A DNA stretch of 64,000 nucleotides from an uncultured Bacteroidales bacterium (GCA_963696535.1 CAVOKP010000017.1:20440-84439); one strand, 5' to 3'; shown: positions 39,934 to 49,114, counted from the first letter of the stretch. Numbers and translations are program-made. The notes: a model not told the origin generated them from the sequence alone.

Positions 39934-40655
39934 CTTGCTATTTTTACAAATACATCCTCAACCGATTCAGCATTATATTGTTTCTTGAGGTTTGCAGGAG
40001 TATCAAGGGCTACTATTCTGCCATCGCTCATTATTGATATCCTGTCGCAGTATTCAGCTTCATCCATATAGTGGGTTGTTACAAAAACAGTGATTCCTCT
40101 TGCAGCTGTTTCATATATCATCTCCCAGAACTGCCTGCGGGTTATGGGATCGACTCCCCCGGTCGGTTCGTCGAGGAAAACTATTTCAGGCTCGTGCAGG
40201 ACCGCAACGGAAAAGGCAAGCTTCTGCTTAATCCCAAGCGGGAGTGAGGCAATCAGCTTGTTTCCATAGGCTTCAAAATTGAGTTTCTCAAAAACCGACC
40301 TGGTTCTCTCCTTTATAAGCTGTTTGCTCATTCCGTAGATCCCGCCGTAAAGCATAATATTTTCCCTGGCTGTAAGGTCATCATAAAGTGAAAACTTCTG
40401 GCACATATACCCTATTACCCTTTTTATCCTTTCCGGCTGCCGGGAAGCGCTGAATCCTGCAACAATAGCATCCCCGGAAGTCGGAAGTGACAATCCGGAA
40501 AGGATCCTGATGGTTGTTGTTTTCCCCGCACCATTTGCACCGAGAAATCCGAAGATTTCACCTTTGAAGACCTCAAAATCAAGGTTGTCGTTGGCTGTGA
40601 AGTTTCCGAATTTCTTTACGAGACTGTGAACTGATATTGCTGTATTGTTTGTCAT
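39900..40655 (-). CDS. ABC transporter ATP-binding protein
   Basis: Walker A GANGAGKTT, signature LPLGIKQKL, Walker B IVFLDEPT. The start is set at ATG 40655 (MTNNTAISV). The last ~11 codons are read from a hairpin repeat. Confidence 0.9.
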   Translation of the reverse strand: MTNNTAISVHSLVKKFGNFTANDNLDFEVFKGEIFGFLGANGAGKTTTIRILSGLSLPTSGDAIVAGFSASRQPERIKRVIGYMCQKFSLYDDLTARENIMLYGGIYGMSKQLIKERTRSVFEKLNFEAYGNKLIASLPLGIKQKLAFSVAVLHEPEIVFLDEPTGGVDPITRRQFWEMIYETAARGITVFVTTHYMDEAEYCDRISIMSDGRIVALDTPANLKKQYNAESVEDVFVKIARPPIFPQGGLN

Positions 40656-40667
40656 ACTTTTTTTAAG

Positions 40668-40794
40668 TTTACCCACCCCCGGCCTATCCCTGGAGGGGAG
40701 CCAGTAAACATTAACCCACCCCCAACCCCTCCCAGGAGGGGAGCTGGCTTGATTCCGACGTCATTGCGATCCCGGTTTATCGGGAGAAGCAATC
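40668..40794. repeat. two tandem AACCCACCCCC...GGAGGGGAGC hairpin units plus a third, unrelated hairpin
   Basis: The units are at 40668-40702 and 40713-40744. cattgcgatcccggtttatcgggagaagcaatc is at 40762-40794. Confidence 0.8.
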
Positions 40795-40825
40795 TTATTC
40801 CCATACCTTTCACGACATAATGCCG

Positions 40826-41734
40826 TCACATTTCCATCAGTTCCAGAAACCTGTCCTCAATTCCGGCCCTCGATTCTTTAATTGCCGCATCTTCAATACC
40901 TTCAGAAATAAGAAACCTTGTCAGCGATTCGTCATACCGGTCATTTAAGAAGGTTACATGAACCGAGTCACCAAAGGGATATGCAGTAATTGTTCCCGGG
41001 TATTTCCTAAGGGACAGAATCAGCTGGTACTTGTCCGTTGCCCTGACCTCAAACAGTTTTCTGGAGAATTCATCCCTTATCTTCTGAGGCTGACCGACAG
41101 AAAGGATTTTACCTTCCTGAATCAGGGCAATCCTATCGCATTTCATAGCCTCATCCATATAGGGTGTTGAAACCAGTATCGTAATGTTGTGCTTTCCCAG
41201 TTTCCGGAGCATTTCCCAGAATTCCGCCCTGGAAACTGCGTCCACCCCCGTGGTTGGTTCATCCAGGACAAGCAGTTCAGGTTTATGAATAAGGGCGCAC
41301 GAAAGGGCAAGTTTCTGCTTCATTCCTCCTGAGAGATTTCCGGCAAGCCTTTTTCCAAATGGTTCGATATGTGAATAGATATCGGAAATCAGATTATAAT
41401 TCTCGCGCACAGTGGTCCCGAAAACCGTAGCATAGAATTCAAGGTTCTCTTCAACCGTGAGGTCCTGGTACAAACTGAACCGACCCGGCATGTATCCGAT
41501 ATTCTTCCTTAATTCCCTGTATCCCGTCCTGAAATCGAGTCCGAGAACTTTCAGATCTCCCTCATCAGGCAGAAGAAGGGTAGTGATTATCCTTAAGAGT
41601 GTTGTTTTACCCGCACCATCGGGTCCGATAAATCCGAATATCTCACCTCCGGCAACCTCAAATGATATATCCTTCAAAGCCTGTGTCGCTTCAAATTTTT
41701 TGCCGATACCCGATGCATTTACAATCTCTTTCAT
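40826..41734 (-). CDS. ABC transporter ATP-binding protein
   Basis: Walker A GPDGAGKTT, signature LSGGMKQKL, Walker B LLVLDEPTTG. Confidence 0.9.
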   Translation of the reverse strand: MKEIVNASGIGKKFEATQALKDISFEVAGGEIFGFIGPDGAGKTTLLRIITTLLLPDEGDLKVLGLDFRTGYRELRKNIGYMPGRFSLYQDLTVEENLEFYATVFGTTVRENYNLISDIYSHIEPFGKRLAGNLSGGMKQKLALSCALIHKPELLVLDEPTTGVDAVSRAEFWEMLRKLGKHNITILVSTPYMDEAMKCDRIALIQEGKILSVGQPQKIRDEFSRKLFEVRATDKYQLILSLRKYPGTITAYPFGDSVHVTFLNDRYDESLTRFLISEGIEDAAIKESRAGIEDRFLELMEM

Positions 41735-41750
41735 ATTCTTTTCTTTCTCA

Positions 41751-41841
41751 GTGGACCTCTGTGTCTTCTCTGTGGATCTCTGTGCAACCGGGTATTATAT
41801 AGAACTAACACAGAGGACACAGAGAAGGCACAGAGATCCAC
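41751..41841. repeat. word-palindrome hairpin (CTCTGTG / CACAGAG words)
   Basis: gtggacctctgtgtcttctctgtggatctctgtgc, a 22-nt loop, then acacagaggacacagagaaggcacagagatccac. Confidence 0.8.
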
Positions 41842-41866
41842 GGAGATTCAGTATCTGCATTTCATT

Positions 41867-42745
41867 TCAAAAGATAGCTTCTCCCGGCATTCCTGATTTC
41901 ATTGAGCCGTCATTGACTACATCGATTGTGACGGCATAGACAAAAGTTACCCGTTCCTCTTTCGTCTGGATGATCTTTGGCGTAAACTCAGCCTTTCCGG
42001 AGATATAGCTGATCTTACCTGTAAAAGTGGAATAATCCTTCTTCCCCTTGTCAATTCTTACCGTAACCGCCTCTCCTGTCCTGATATCCGGAAGCTGAGC
42101 GCCGCTTACATAGACTTTCAGTTTAATTACCGACAGATCGGCAATCTTTGCAAGAGGTTTTCCTGCCACAGCCACCTCGCCGGCTTCAGCAAATTTCTCA
42201 ATCAGGGTTCCCTGCAGGGGGGTTTTAACGCTGCAGCGAACAATCTGTTCGTTAAGTGTCGCTTTTTTTGATTCAAATACCGTCAGTTCCGCGGCTACAG
42301 ATGTTTTCTGGGTATTGTTTGCGGCAATCTGCTTTTCAAGTACCGCCACCTGTCCTGCAAGGTCGTCAAATTGTTTCTGGGTTGCCGCATCATCTTTGAG
42401 CATATTCCGGATCCTGGCTATGTTAACATTCAGGTTATCGATCTGCTGGGCAAGAATGTTATTCTGGGCATTTATCAGAATGATGCGTGTTCTGACGCTT
42501 TTCATCCCTGCGTCGATCTCGCCTTTTTGAAGATTAAACAGGGTTGTATCTATCAGGGCAATCTCAGTGCCCATTTCAACCTCATTTCCCTCTGTTGCGT
42601 CGAACTTTAGTATACGTCCGCTGGTTTCGGCAGCGACAATGACTTCAGTGGCTTCAAAGGTGCCATAGGCGTCAGCCTGGTTGGTTTTGGGATTGCATGC
42701 TACTAACAGAACTACCGGGATTATTAAGAACAGGTTAATTTTCAT
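41867..42745 (-). CDS. HlyD-family periplasmic adaptor (YbhG-like)
   Basis: Lipoprotein-like start (VLLVACN), coiled-coil hairpin and beta-barrel domains. Confidence 0.85.
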   Translation of the reverse strand: MKINLFLIIPVVLLVACNPKTNQADAYGTFEATEVIVAAETSGRILKFDATEGNEVEMGTEIALIDTTLFNLQKGEIDAGMKSVRTRIILINAQNNILAQQIDNLNVNIARIRNMLKDDAATQKQFDDLAGQVAVLEKQIAANNTQKTSVAAELTVFESKKATLNEQIVRCSVKTPLQGTLIEKFAEAGEVAVAGKPLAKIADLSVIKLKVYVSGAQLPDIRTGEAVTVRIDKGKKDYSTFTGKISYISGKAEFTPKIIQTKEERVTFVYAVTIDVVNDGSMKSGMPGEAIF

Positions 42746-42805
42746 ATTAATATGTGATAAAGTAATTCAATTTCTTCAATTATAATTCGCCCACTTTCCC
42801 GTTTT

Positions 42806-42911
42806 AACCCACCCCCAGCCCCTCCACCACAAATCTCCCCTGCAGTCTGGCTCCTCGCTAAAATTAGCCACAGGCTAATTTCTTAACGCTCGGCCCCCAG
42901 GGAGGGGAGCC
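42806..42911. repeat. second copy of the nested composite repeat
   Basis: About 95 percent identical to 38566-38671 by eye. The inner hairpin here is aaattagcc-aca-ggctaattt. Further C/G-run hairpin debris extends to about 42980. Confidence 0.85.
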
Positions 42912-42979
42912 TTGGCAGATCCCCTTTAGGTGTCTGTAATTGTATTCCGGTTAAACCCACCTTTTAGGGGGCAGGGGGG

Positions 42980-44278
42980 TTATTCTAATTCTTTTCCGCT
43001 TATATTCAAATATTCTATCTGTGCCATTGCGAGATTAATCCTGTGGATTTCATGATTTATAAGAGCCTCTCTTTCGGCAGTCAGTTCATTCATGAAATCA
43101 GAAGCGGTGATGGTTCCGTTTTCATATTGTGACTCTGCTGCTGCGGTTATCCTTTTCCTTATTGCGATCAGCTCAGTATCTGATCCAAGAAGGAATTTAA
43201 GGTTTGATATTTCCGCGCTTTTGGCATCAAGAAGCCTGTTCAGGTTATCTGTAAGCTCGGTTTTCCTGATGTCAATTATACTCTGCTGAAGGCTGATAAC
43301 CTGTTTTTCATTTTTTGCTTTGTTCCAGTCAAATATGTTCCACTTGATTGTGGCGCCCAATATATAATACGGAGCAAACTCATCCCTGAAGAAGTTGCTT
43401 CCCGGAGGATTTCCGTAACCGAGGGTTGCAAATGCGAGTGCTTTTGGCATTCTTTTGCTTTGCAGGACCAGCAGGCCGGCATTTAGTTGTTCCTTTCGGA
43501 GGTCAAATATCTGCAGTTCAGGACGCAATAATTCCCCTGAAGGTTCCTCTCCGGCTAAAGGAAGGACAAAATTCGTTGATGAATCAATCACTGTACCGGT
43601 TAGGCTTGAAAGTATTTTCAAAAGTGATGCTTTTCTGATCTCATTTTCGCTTAACTGCTGCTCCAGTTTTATTTTTTCGGAAGCAAGCACGTCAATATCT
43701 GATTTGAGTATCATGCCGCTGGCCAGGGCTGCGTTCATCGAGGCCATGCGCTTTGTTACCAGTTCGTGATAACTTTGCAGCAGCTCTTTCTGCCTTTCAA
43801 GAAGCAGCAGGTTGAAATAACAGGAGTTAATCTGTGCCCGAAGCTTGTAAAGATCCGTTTCCGTCTGCTTCTCATTAATACTAAGGTCAGCTTTTTCAAG
43901 AGCCCTTGCACCTTTTATTGATCCCCCGTCATAGATGACCTGGCTGATATCCACTGTCAGTTTATACTGTTCATGGGGAAGCGGACGGATCAGATCGTCA
44001 ATTCCGGGAATTGGCAGGGTTCCGAGCACATCGGTCATATCCACGACCGATGAATTATAGACGAAGCTGCCGCCGGCATCGAGAGTCGGAAGCCAGCCTT
44101 TCGACAGGTTTTTATCCCTTACGGCCGATATCTGCAGGTAGGCATCTCTCTCTGAAGCGATGGGGGCTGCCGTCATTGCTATATCATAGCACTCTTTCAG
44201 AGTCAGTACATTCTGTCCCATGAGTCCCGGCACGAAGGGTATGATTAACATAAACAGGATCAGTACTCTCTTTTTCAT
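42980..44278 (-). CDS. TolC-family outer membrane efflux protein
   Basis: Signal peptide followed by two repeats of the TolC helical/beta motif; 432 aa. Confidence 0.85.
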   Translation of the reverse strand: MKKRVLILFMLIIPFVPGLMGQNVLTLKECYDIAMTAAPIASERDAYLQISAVRDKNLSKGWLPTLDAGGSFVYNSSVVDMTDVLGTLPIPGIDDLIRPLPHEQYKLTVDISQVIYDGGSIKGARALEKADLSINEKQTETDLYKLRAQINSCYFNLLLLERQKELLQSYHELVTKRMASMNAALASGMILKSDIDVLASEKIKLEQQLSENEIRKASLLKILSSLTGTVIDSSTNFVLPLAGEEPSGELLRPELQIFDLRKEQLNAGLLVLQSKRMPKALAFATLGYGNPPGSNFFRDEFAPYYILGATIKWNIFDWNKAKNEKQVISLQQSIIDIRKTELTDNLNRLLDAKSAEISNLKFLLGSDTELIAIRKRITAAAESQYENGTITASDFMNELTAEREALINHEIHRINLAMAQIEYLNISGKELE

Positions 44279-44284
44279 TTCTGT

Positions 44285-44929
44285 TTATTTTTTCTTCTTT
44301 TGTTTACTGATAAACTCTTGTCTTTTCAGCGCGTTAATTACAAACTCGGCAGCATATTCCTTTCTCTCCTCAATATACTGATCGAAATTGTAACCCATTT
44401 TTTCCATCAGGCTTGAAATCAGCGGTTTGGCTGCAAATGGAAATACACTCATCGCTGCAATGGTTGTCATGAACTGTGGAATGGTTTCCTTTGTAATATT
44501 GTATCTTTTCATTTCTTCCCTATGCTGAACTTCAAGGGTCGACAATAGCTTATTAATATCAATGTTCTGAATAAGTTTCCTGATCCTTTGAGGATTACGG
44601 TGGAATTCGTTTAAAAGAAATGCCGGTAACCTGGGATTCTTTTGCAGGAATGCGATATGTTCCCTGAAAAAGAACCTGATCTTATCCTCCAGTGTAAGCT
44701 TTGTATCGAAAACGGGAGCGAATTTTGAGAACATGGCTCCTGCGATCTTTTCAAATACGGCATTAAAAAGCTGATCCTTCGTACGGTAATAATAGTGCAA
44801 CAAAGCCTTATTGATCCCTGCGTGGTTGGCAATATCCTGCATTCTTGCGCCATCCATTCCTTTCTCGATAAATACCTCAGTAGCAGCGTCAAAGATCTTT
44901 TCCTCGGTTTGTTTGTCAGCTTCAGCCAT
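44285..44929 (-). CDS. TetR/AcrR-family transcriptional regulator
   Basis: HTH region ARMQDIANHAGINKALLHYYYRTKDQLF. It is the first gene of the efflux operon. Confidence 0.9.
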   Translation of the reverse strand: MAEADKQTEEKIFDAATEVFIEKGMDGARMQDIANHAGINKALLHYYYRTKDQLFNAVFEKIAGAMFSKFAPVFDTKLTLEDKIRFFFREHIAFLQKNPRLPAFLLNEFHRNPQRIRKLIQNIDINKLLSTLEVQHREEMKRYNITKETIPQFMTTIAAMSVFPFAAKPLISSLMEKMGYNFDQYIEERKEYAAEFVINALKRQEFISKQKKKK

Positions 44930-44934
44930 GTATA

Positions 44935-44976
44935 TTAACCATAAGGTTTAACCAGAAAGATTAACCATATGGTCAA
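44935..44976. promoter_or_regulatory. two related palindromic half-site pairs, candidate TetR operators
   Basis: ttAACCataaGGTTtaa (44935-44951) and ttAACCatatGGTCaa (44961-44976), immediately upstream of the tetR start. Confidence 0.45.
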
Positions 44977-45041
44977 AGGTAAAACTTGTTTTTCTCATTC
45001 ACAAACATTTTTGTATTTTTATAAAAATAATATTAACAATA

Positions 45042-45890
45042 ATGAGAACAGAAGGCAGACGAACAAGCGATAATGTAGAAGACCGCAGAGGAATGAGTTC
45101 CGGAGGAAAGATGGCAATAGGCGGCGGGCTCGGAACAATTGTAATTGCACTTGTGGTTCTTCTTCTTGGAGGAGATCCCACACAGGTACTTAATACCTCA
45201 CAGGAGGCACCGGGGACTGAATCTGGTCCGGTGACCGCTTCCCCTGAAGAGGAAGCAATGGCAAATTTTGTATTGATTGTTCTTGCAGGAACAGAAGATG
45301 TCTGGACGAAAATATTTGAGGAGTCGAATATGACTTACAAAAAGCCGACACTGGTTCTTTTCAGGGATCAGGTCCAGTCAGCCTGCGGATTTGCCAGCGG
45401 GGCAAGCGGGCCATTTTATTGTCCGGGCGATCAGAAGGTTTATATCGATCTTGCTTTTTTTGATGAACTTAAATCGAGGTTCGGCGCCAACGGCGATTTT
45501 GCAATTGCCTATGTTATAGCTCACGAAATCGGACATCATGTTCAAAACCTGCTTGGCACACTGAGCGAAGTCAATAACCAAAGGTCCAGAATGAGCGAGG
45601 TTAATGCAAACAGACTCCTCGTAAGGCTTGAACTTCAGGCCGATTTTCTTGCAGGGATGTGGGCGCACTACGATCAGCAGATGTTCAATTCCCTTGAATC
45701 GGGCGACATTGAAGAGGCTATGAATGCAGCTGCCTCCGTCGGCGATGATGTCCTTCAGAAGAGATACCAGGGTCGTGTAATTCCGGATTCCTTTACACAT
45801 GGCACAGCTGCCCAGCGTAAGGAATGGTTCAGGAGGGGATATACCTCAGGGGATTACGACCAGGGCAACACTTTTAATGCAGAGATCTGA
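45042..45890 (+). CDS. YpfJ-family neutral zinc metallopeptidase
   Basis: N-terminal TM helix and the HExxH motif (AHEIGHHVQ). Confidence 0.8.
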   Translation: MRTEGRRTSDNVEDRRGMSSGGKMAIGGGLGTIVIALVVLLLGGDPTQVLNTSQEAPGTESGPVTASPEEEAMANFVLIVLAGTEDVWTKIFEESNMTYKKPTLVLFRDQVQSACGFASGASGPFYCPGDQKVYIDLAFFDELKSRFGANGDFAIAYVIAHEIGHHVQNLLGTLSEVNNQRSRMSEVNANRLLVRLELQADFLAGMWAHYDQQMFNSLESGDIEEAMNAAASVGDDVLQKRYQGRVIPDSFTHGTAAQRKEWFRRGYTSGDYDQGNTFNAEI

Positions 45891-45965
45891 AATTTGTGTA
45901 ATTACATTGTAATTACGTCTGTTTGAATGATTCCAGAGTTTTTGAGGTTTTACTTAGCATCCTCA

Positions 45966-46709
45966 CTACTTAAACTTTACAATAATGGAATCGGCAATCC
46001 GAAGCGCCGTTGTCAGTGTGCTCAGATCACTGAATAATTCCCCGGTTTTACCCGAATAATGACTATGTCCTATTGGTTTCATGCTATATGAATCCTTTAG
46101 GGACTGCATGTCGATTTCAGCCTGGTATACAAGCGCCGGCTGGCACGACCATTTATAGTTCTCATCATCAGGGTACCTGTCGTTGGTCCAGTATTCGTTC
46201 CAGTCCCAGTTCTGGTTTATCTCAAGCATCACCCTGAATTTTCCGGGCAGGGGATTGTCGGCTCTCGACGACAGGATGAAACCTGTTTTTGGTGTTGCTC
46301 CGGTATATGCATCGGGAACGGCACTTTTTTCGTCGGGCATGAAAAGTCCGTCAGCTGCCCTGATCCCTCTCTTGTGGGCCCAGAAAGGTAGTGTCTGGGG
46401 TGCTCTTTTTGCTGCAGTGATCCATTTGTTTTTCTCCTGCCTTCCGTATTCAAAAATCCCGGTTGCCACAGCTTTTGCAACATAAAGAGTTTGTATGTAA
46501 TTCCCTTCTGCCGTTTCGAGCCATATCGCAAAGAGAGGATAATAGAATGATTCACCCGGAGTAAGGTCGACCATGATCCCAGGCCCTTCGCCCGCCGGAT
46601 TGGTCGCAAAGCTGACCTTATCCTGCTTCGTGGGGCTTTTTGTCCTTATTGAGCCGGTTGAACAGGCCCCGGTAGTAAATATGAATGAGAAAACTAGAAA
46701 TCTGTACAT
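45966..46709 (-). CDS. lipoprotein of unknown function downstream of the TonB-dependent receptor
   Basis: The start is set at ATG 46709 (MYRFLVFSFIFTTGACS lipobox). The longer ORF to 46919 overlaps the receptor gene. Confidence 0.6.
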   Translation of the reverse strand: MYRFLVFSFIFTTGACSTGSIRTKSPTKQDKVSFATNPAGEGPGIMVDLTPGESFYYPLFAIWLETAEGNYIQTLYVAKAVATGIFEYGRQEKNKWITAAKRAPQTLPFWAHKRGIRAADGLFMPDEKSAVPDAYTGATPKTGFILSSRADNPLPGKFRVMLEINQNWDWNEYWTNDRYPDDENYKWSCQPALVYQAEIDMQSLKDSYSMKPIGHSHYSGKTGELFSDLSTLTTALRIADSIIVKFK

Positions 46710-46720
46710 ATGAACAAAAA

Positions 46721-49114
46721 TTAAAATTCCACAATTATACCGATTGTCGGCAGAACCGTTCCGGAAGAACCTTCTATAAATTTCATCGAATATCTTGAGG
46801 GATCTTGCGGATCGGTGACGGGAACCCCGTTCTGATCGGATTCCCTCAGCAATATTGCAGGCTGATCGGACTGGTGATTGTATAAATTCTGAACATCGAC
46901 ATAAAGCATAAGCGACCAATCCCTGAAAAAATATTGTTTGTCAACCCTGATGTCAAGCTGGTGAAATGCCTTGAGCCGTTCGGTGTTGAACTTCAGATAG
47001 TCGGGATATCCCTCTCCCTGAAGATCCCAGGCTGCCTTGAGCGATGATTTCTCAAGGTCGAAAGGGGTATAAGGCGCTCCGCCGACATACCTCCACTTGA
47101 ATCCCAGATCCCAGTTCCTGTTCAGCTGCTTTGTTGCAGTGACATTGAAAAGGTGACGGTTATCCCACGATGAAGAAATCCAGCCTGATTCAGCATCCCT
47201 GAATTCGCTTCTCACAAAGGTGTAGGAGAATACCATGTTGGTTTTCCTGAATTCCTTGAATCTTCCGAGCAGTTCGAATCCGTATGCTCTTCCGTCGGAT
47301 GTTGAAGCAAGCTCTTCATCCCCGAAAATGCCGTAACCGGCGCTTTTGCTCGAAAGGGGCACCTGGTCCCTCACTGAGAAGGGATATTTGGAATAATCCT
47401 TGTAGAATCCTTCAAGGGTTAACTGAATGTTCTCTTCAGGAATAAACTCGAGACCCGCAACAAAATGGTCTGAACTTATGTATTTTAGATCGTTTGCCTT
47501 ATTGAGGAACACCCCGTCAGTGTTTGAATATCCAAGTGCGGTATAGGGTGGCAGCTGGTAATACCGGCCAACGTTGAAGTTTACATTCAGCTTTTCAGAA
47601 AGGGTGTATGAGGCAGAGAACCTGGGGGAAAGTTGTGTCAGGGGATTTGCCATTTGTTCAGACCAGGTGTTGAAATCAGTGCGAACCCCCAGCGAAAGCC
47701 TCAACCTCTCCTCCAGGTACGATTTACTGATCTGTCCGAAAAGGTTGAACTTGCCAAGTTTAAGGTTGGTGTCATAATCGATAGAGGTTTCTGCATCGCC
47801 GACGAAAATCTTTCTGTATGTTGAATTCCTGTAATGGGCGTATTCCATACCACTGCCGAAACTAAACCTGAAGCCATTGTCACCAATAACTGTCCTTTCG
47901 AATCTTCCCTTAATCTCGCCTTCGCCCGACAGATAGTCGAGCAGCCTGTTTCCTGATGTTTCAATATTGCCCAGATATTTGTACTGGGAATTGTTGAGGT
48001 AGTTGCGGCTGAGCACCCATGTGTCGAATCCTCCTTTCCTGAAATGCTTGTAAACCAGCCCGAACGTATAGCTGTATTGCTCCTGGACCGGTATATTGTC
48101 GAGAAGGTATCGCTGGTATTCGGTCTCATTTGCCTTGAGGTTGAGACTGAAATCATCTTTGGCACCCAGGCCGATGACTGTAAGCTCATTCTTGTCATCG
48201 AGCCTGACCCTGTATTTAAATTGAAAATCAGTATAGTTTGGAAGAAAGGGAAGTTTGAGGAGGGAGAAGAGGAACTGCAGGTATGACCTTCGCGCAGATA
48301 CCAGAAAGGTGCTGTTCTTGCCTGCAGGGCCATCAATGGTCAGTCCAAGATCTGAAGCGCCTACAGTTGCCCTGTATTTAAGCTTGTCAGTGTTCCCGTC
48401 GACGAATGTGAAATTAAGCACCGAACTGAGGGCATTTCCTCTTGATGCCGGGAATGCTCCCGATATGAAATCGACCGACTGTACAAAGTCGACATTTATG
48501 ATTCCAATGGGACCTCCCGAGGCTCCCTGAGTAGAAAAGTGGTTAAGATAAGGGATCTCAACATTATCAATATAGAACCTGTTCTCGTTCGGTCCTCCAC
48601 CCCTTACAATGACATCATTTCTGAATGCAGGAGTGGAAGCAACTCCCGGGAAAGACTGTATGACCTTTGAAATATCCCTGTTGCCGCCCGGGTTCTTTTC
48701 AATTTCCTCAATGCCGATAATTCTTATTGAAACCGGAGTCTCAACTTTTTTGACAAAAGGTGAAGCCTTTATAACAACCTCGCCAATCCCGATCGTGTTC
48801 TCCTCCATTGGAATATCGAGATTGACCTGGTTGCTGTTTGTCACCAGGATGGCCGAGGAAATAAATGGCTTGAAGCCGACGGATGATGCTCTGAGCTCTA
48901 CATACCCGGGTTTGATGCCTGTAAACGAATAATTGCCGTCATAGTCCGTTATAGCTCCGGTAGTCGTTCCCCATATCTGAACAGTTGCAAATGGTACACC
49001 TTCATTGGTTTGTGAATTGTATACCCTCCCCTTGATCACGCCGGAATTCGCCTGCCCGGCTGATTCAAGCGCAGCAACGACTGACAATATTAAAATATAT
49101 AGTAATCTCCTCAT
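46721..49114 (-). CDS. TonB-dependent receptor with an N-terminal carboxypeptidase-regulatory-like domain
   Basis: Signal peptide from ATG 49114 (MRRLLYILILS), then GVIKGRVYNSQTNEGVPFATVQI, a plug, and a barrel ending in ...IGIIVEF. Confidence 0.9.
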   Translation of the reverse strand: MRRLLYILILSVVAALESAGQANSGVIKGRVYNSQTNEGVPFATVQIWGTTTGAITDYDGNYSFTGIKPGYVELRASSVGFKPFISSAILVTNSNQVNLDIPMEENTIGIGEVVIKASPFVKKVETPVSIRIIGIEEIEKNPGGNRDISKVIQSFPGVASTPAFRNDVIVRGGGPNENRFYIDNVEIPYLNHFSTQGASGGPIGIINVDFVQSVDFISGAFPASRGNALSSVLNFTFVDGNTDKLKYRATVGASDLGLTIDGPAGKNSTFLVSARRSYLQFLFSLLKLPFLPNYTDFQFKYRVRLDDKNELTVIGLGAKDDFSLNLKANETEYQRYLLDNIPVQEQYSYTFGLVYKHFRKGGFDTWVLSRNYLNNSQYKYLGNIETSGNRLLDYLSGEGEIKGRFERTVIGDNGFRFSFGSGMEYAHYRNSTYRKIFVGDAETSIDYDTNLKLGKFNLFGQISKSYLEERLRLSLGVRTDFNTWSEQMANPLTQLSPRFSASYTLSEKLNVNFNVGRYYQLPPYTALGYSNTDGVFLNKANDLKYISSDHFVAGLEFIPEENIQLTLEGFYKDYSKYPFSVRDQVPLSSKSAGYGIFGDEELASTSDGRAYGFELLGRFKEFRKTNMVFSYTFVRSEFRDAESGWISSSWDNRHLFNVTATKQLNRNWDLGFKWRYVGGAPYTPFDLEKSSLKAAWDLQGEGYPDYLKFNTERLKAFHQLDIRVDKQYFFRDWSLMLYVDVQNLYNHQSDQPAILLRESDQNGVPVTDPQDPSRYSMKFIEGSSGTVLPTIGIIVEF

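Noticed and set aside
45966-46919. Long 317-aa version of the lipoprotein ORF, and the long N-terminal extensions of ORFs 7391..10963, 20104.., 49144, 52816 and 54748
   Set aside because: The extensions overlap upstream genes or lack coding character. Internal ATGs give canonical signal peptides or N-termini, so shorter starts were used.
47701-48336. 211-aa ORF on the minus strand inside the TonB-dependent receptor
   Set aside because: It is an alternative frame of the same strand as the receptor gene. It is Ser/Thr/Arg-rich nonsense, and the receptor frame is clearly the real one.
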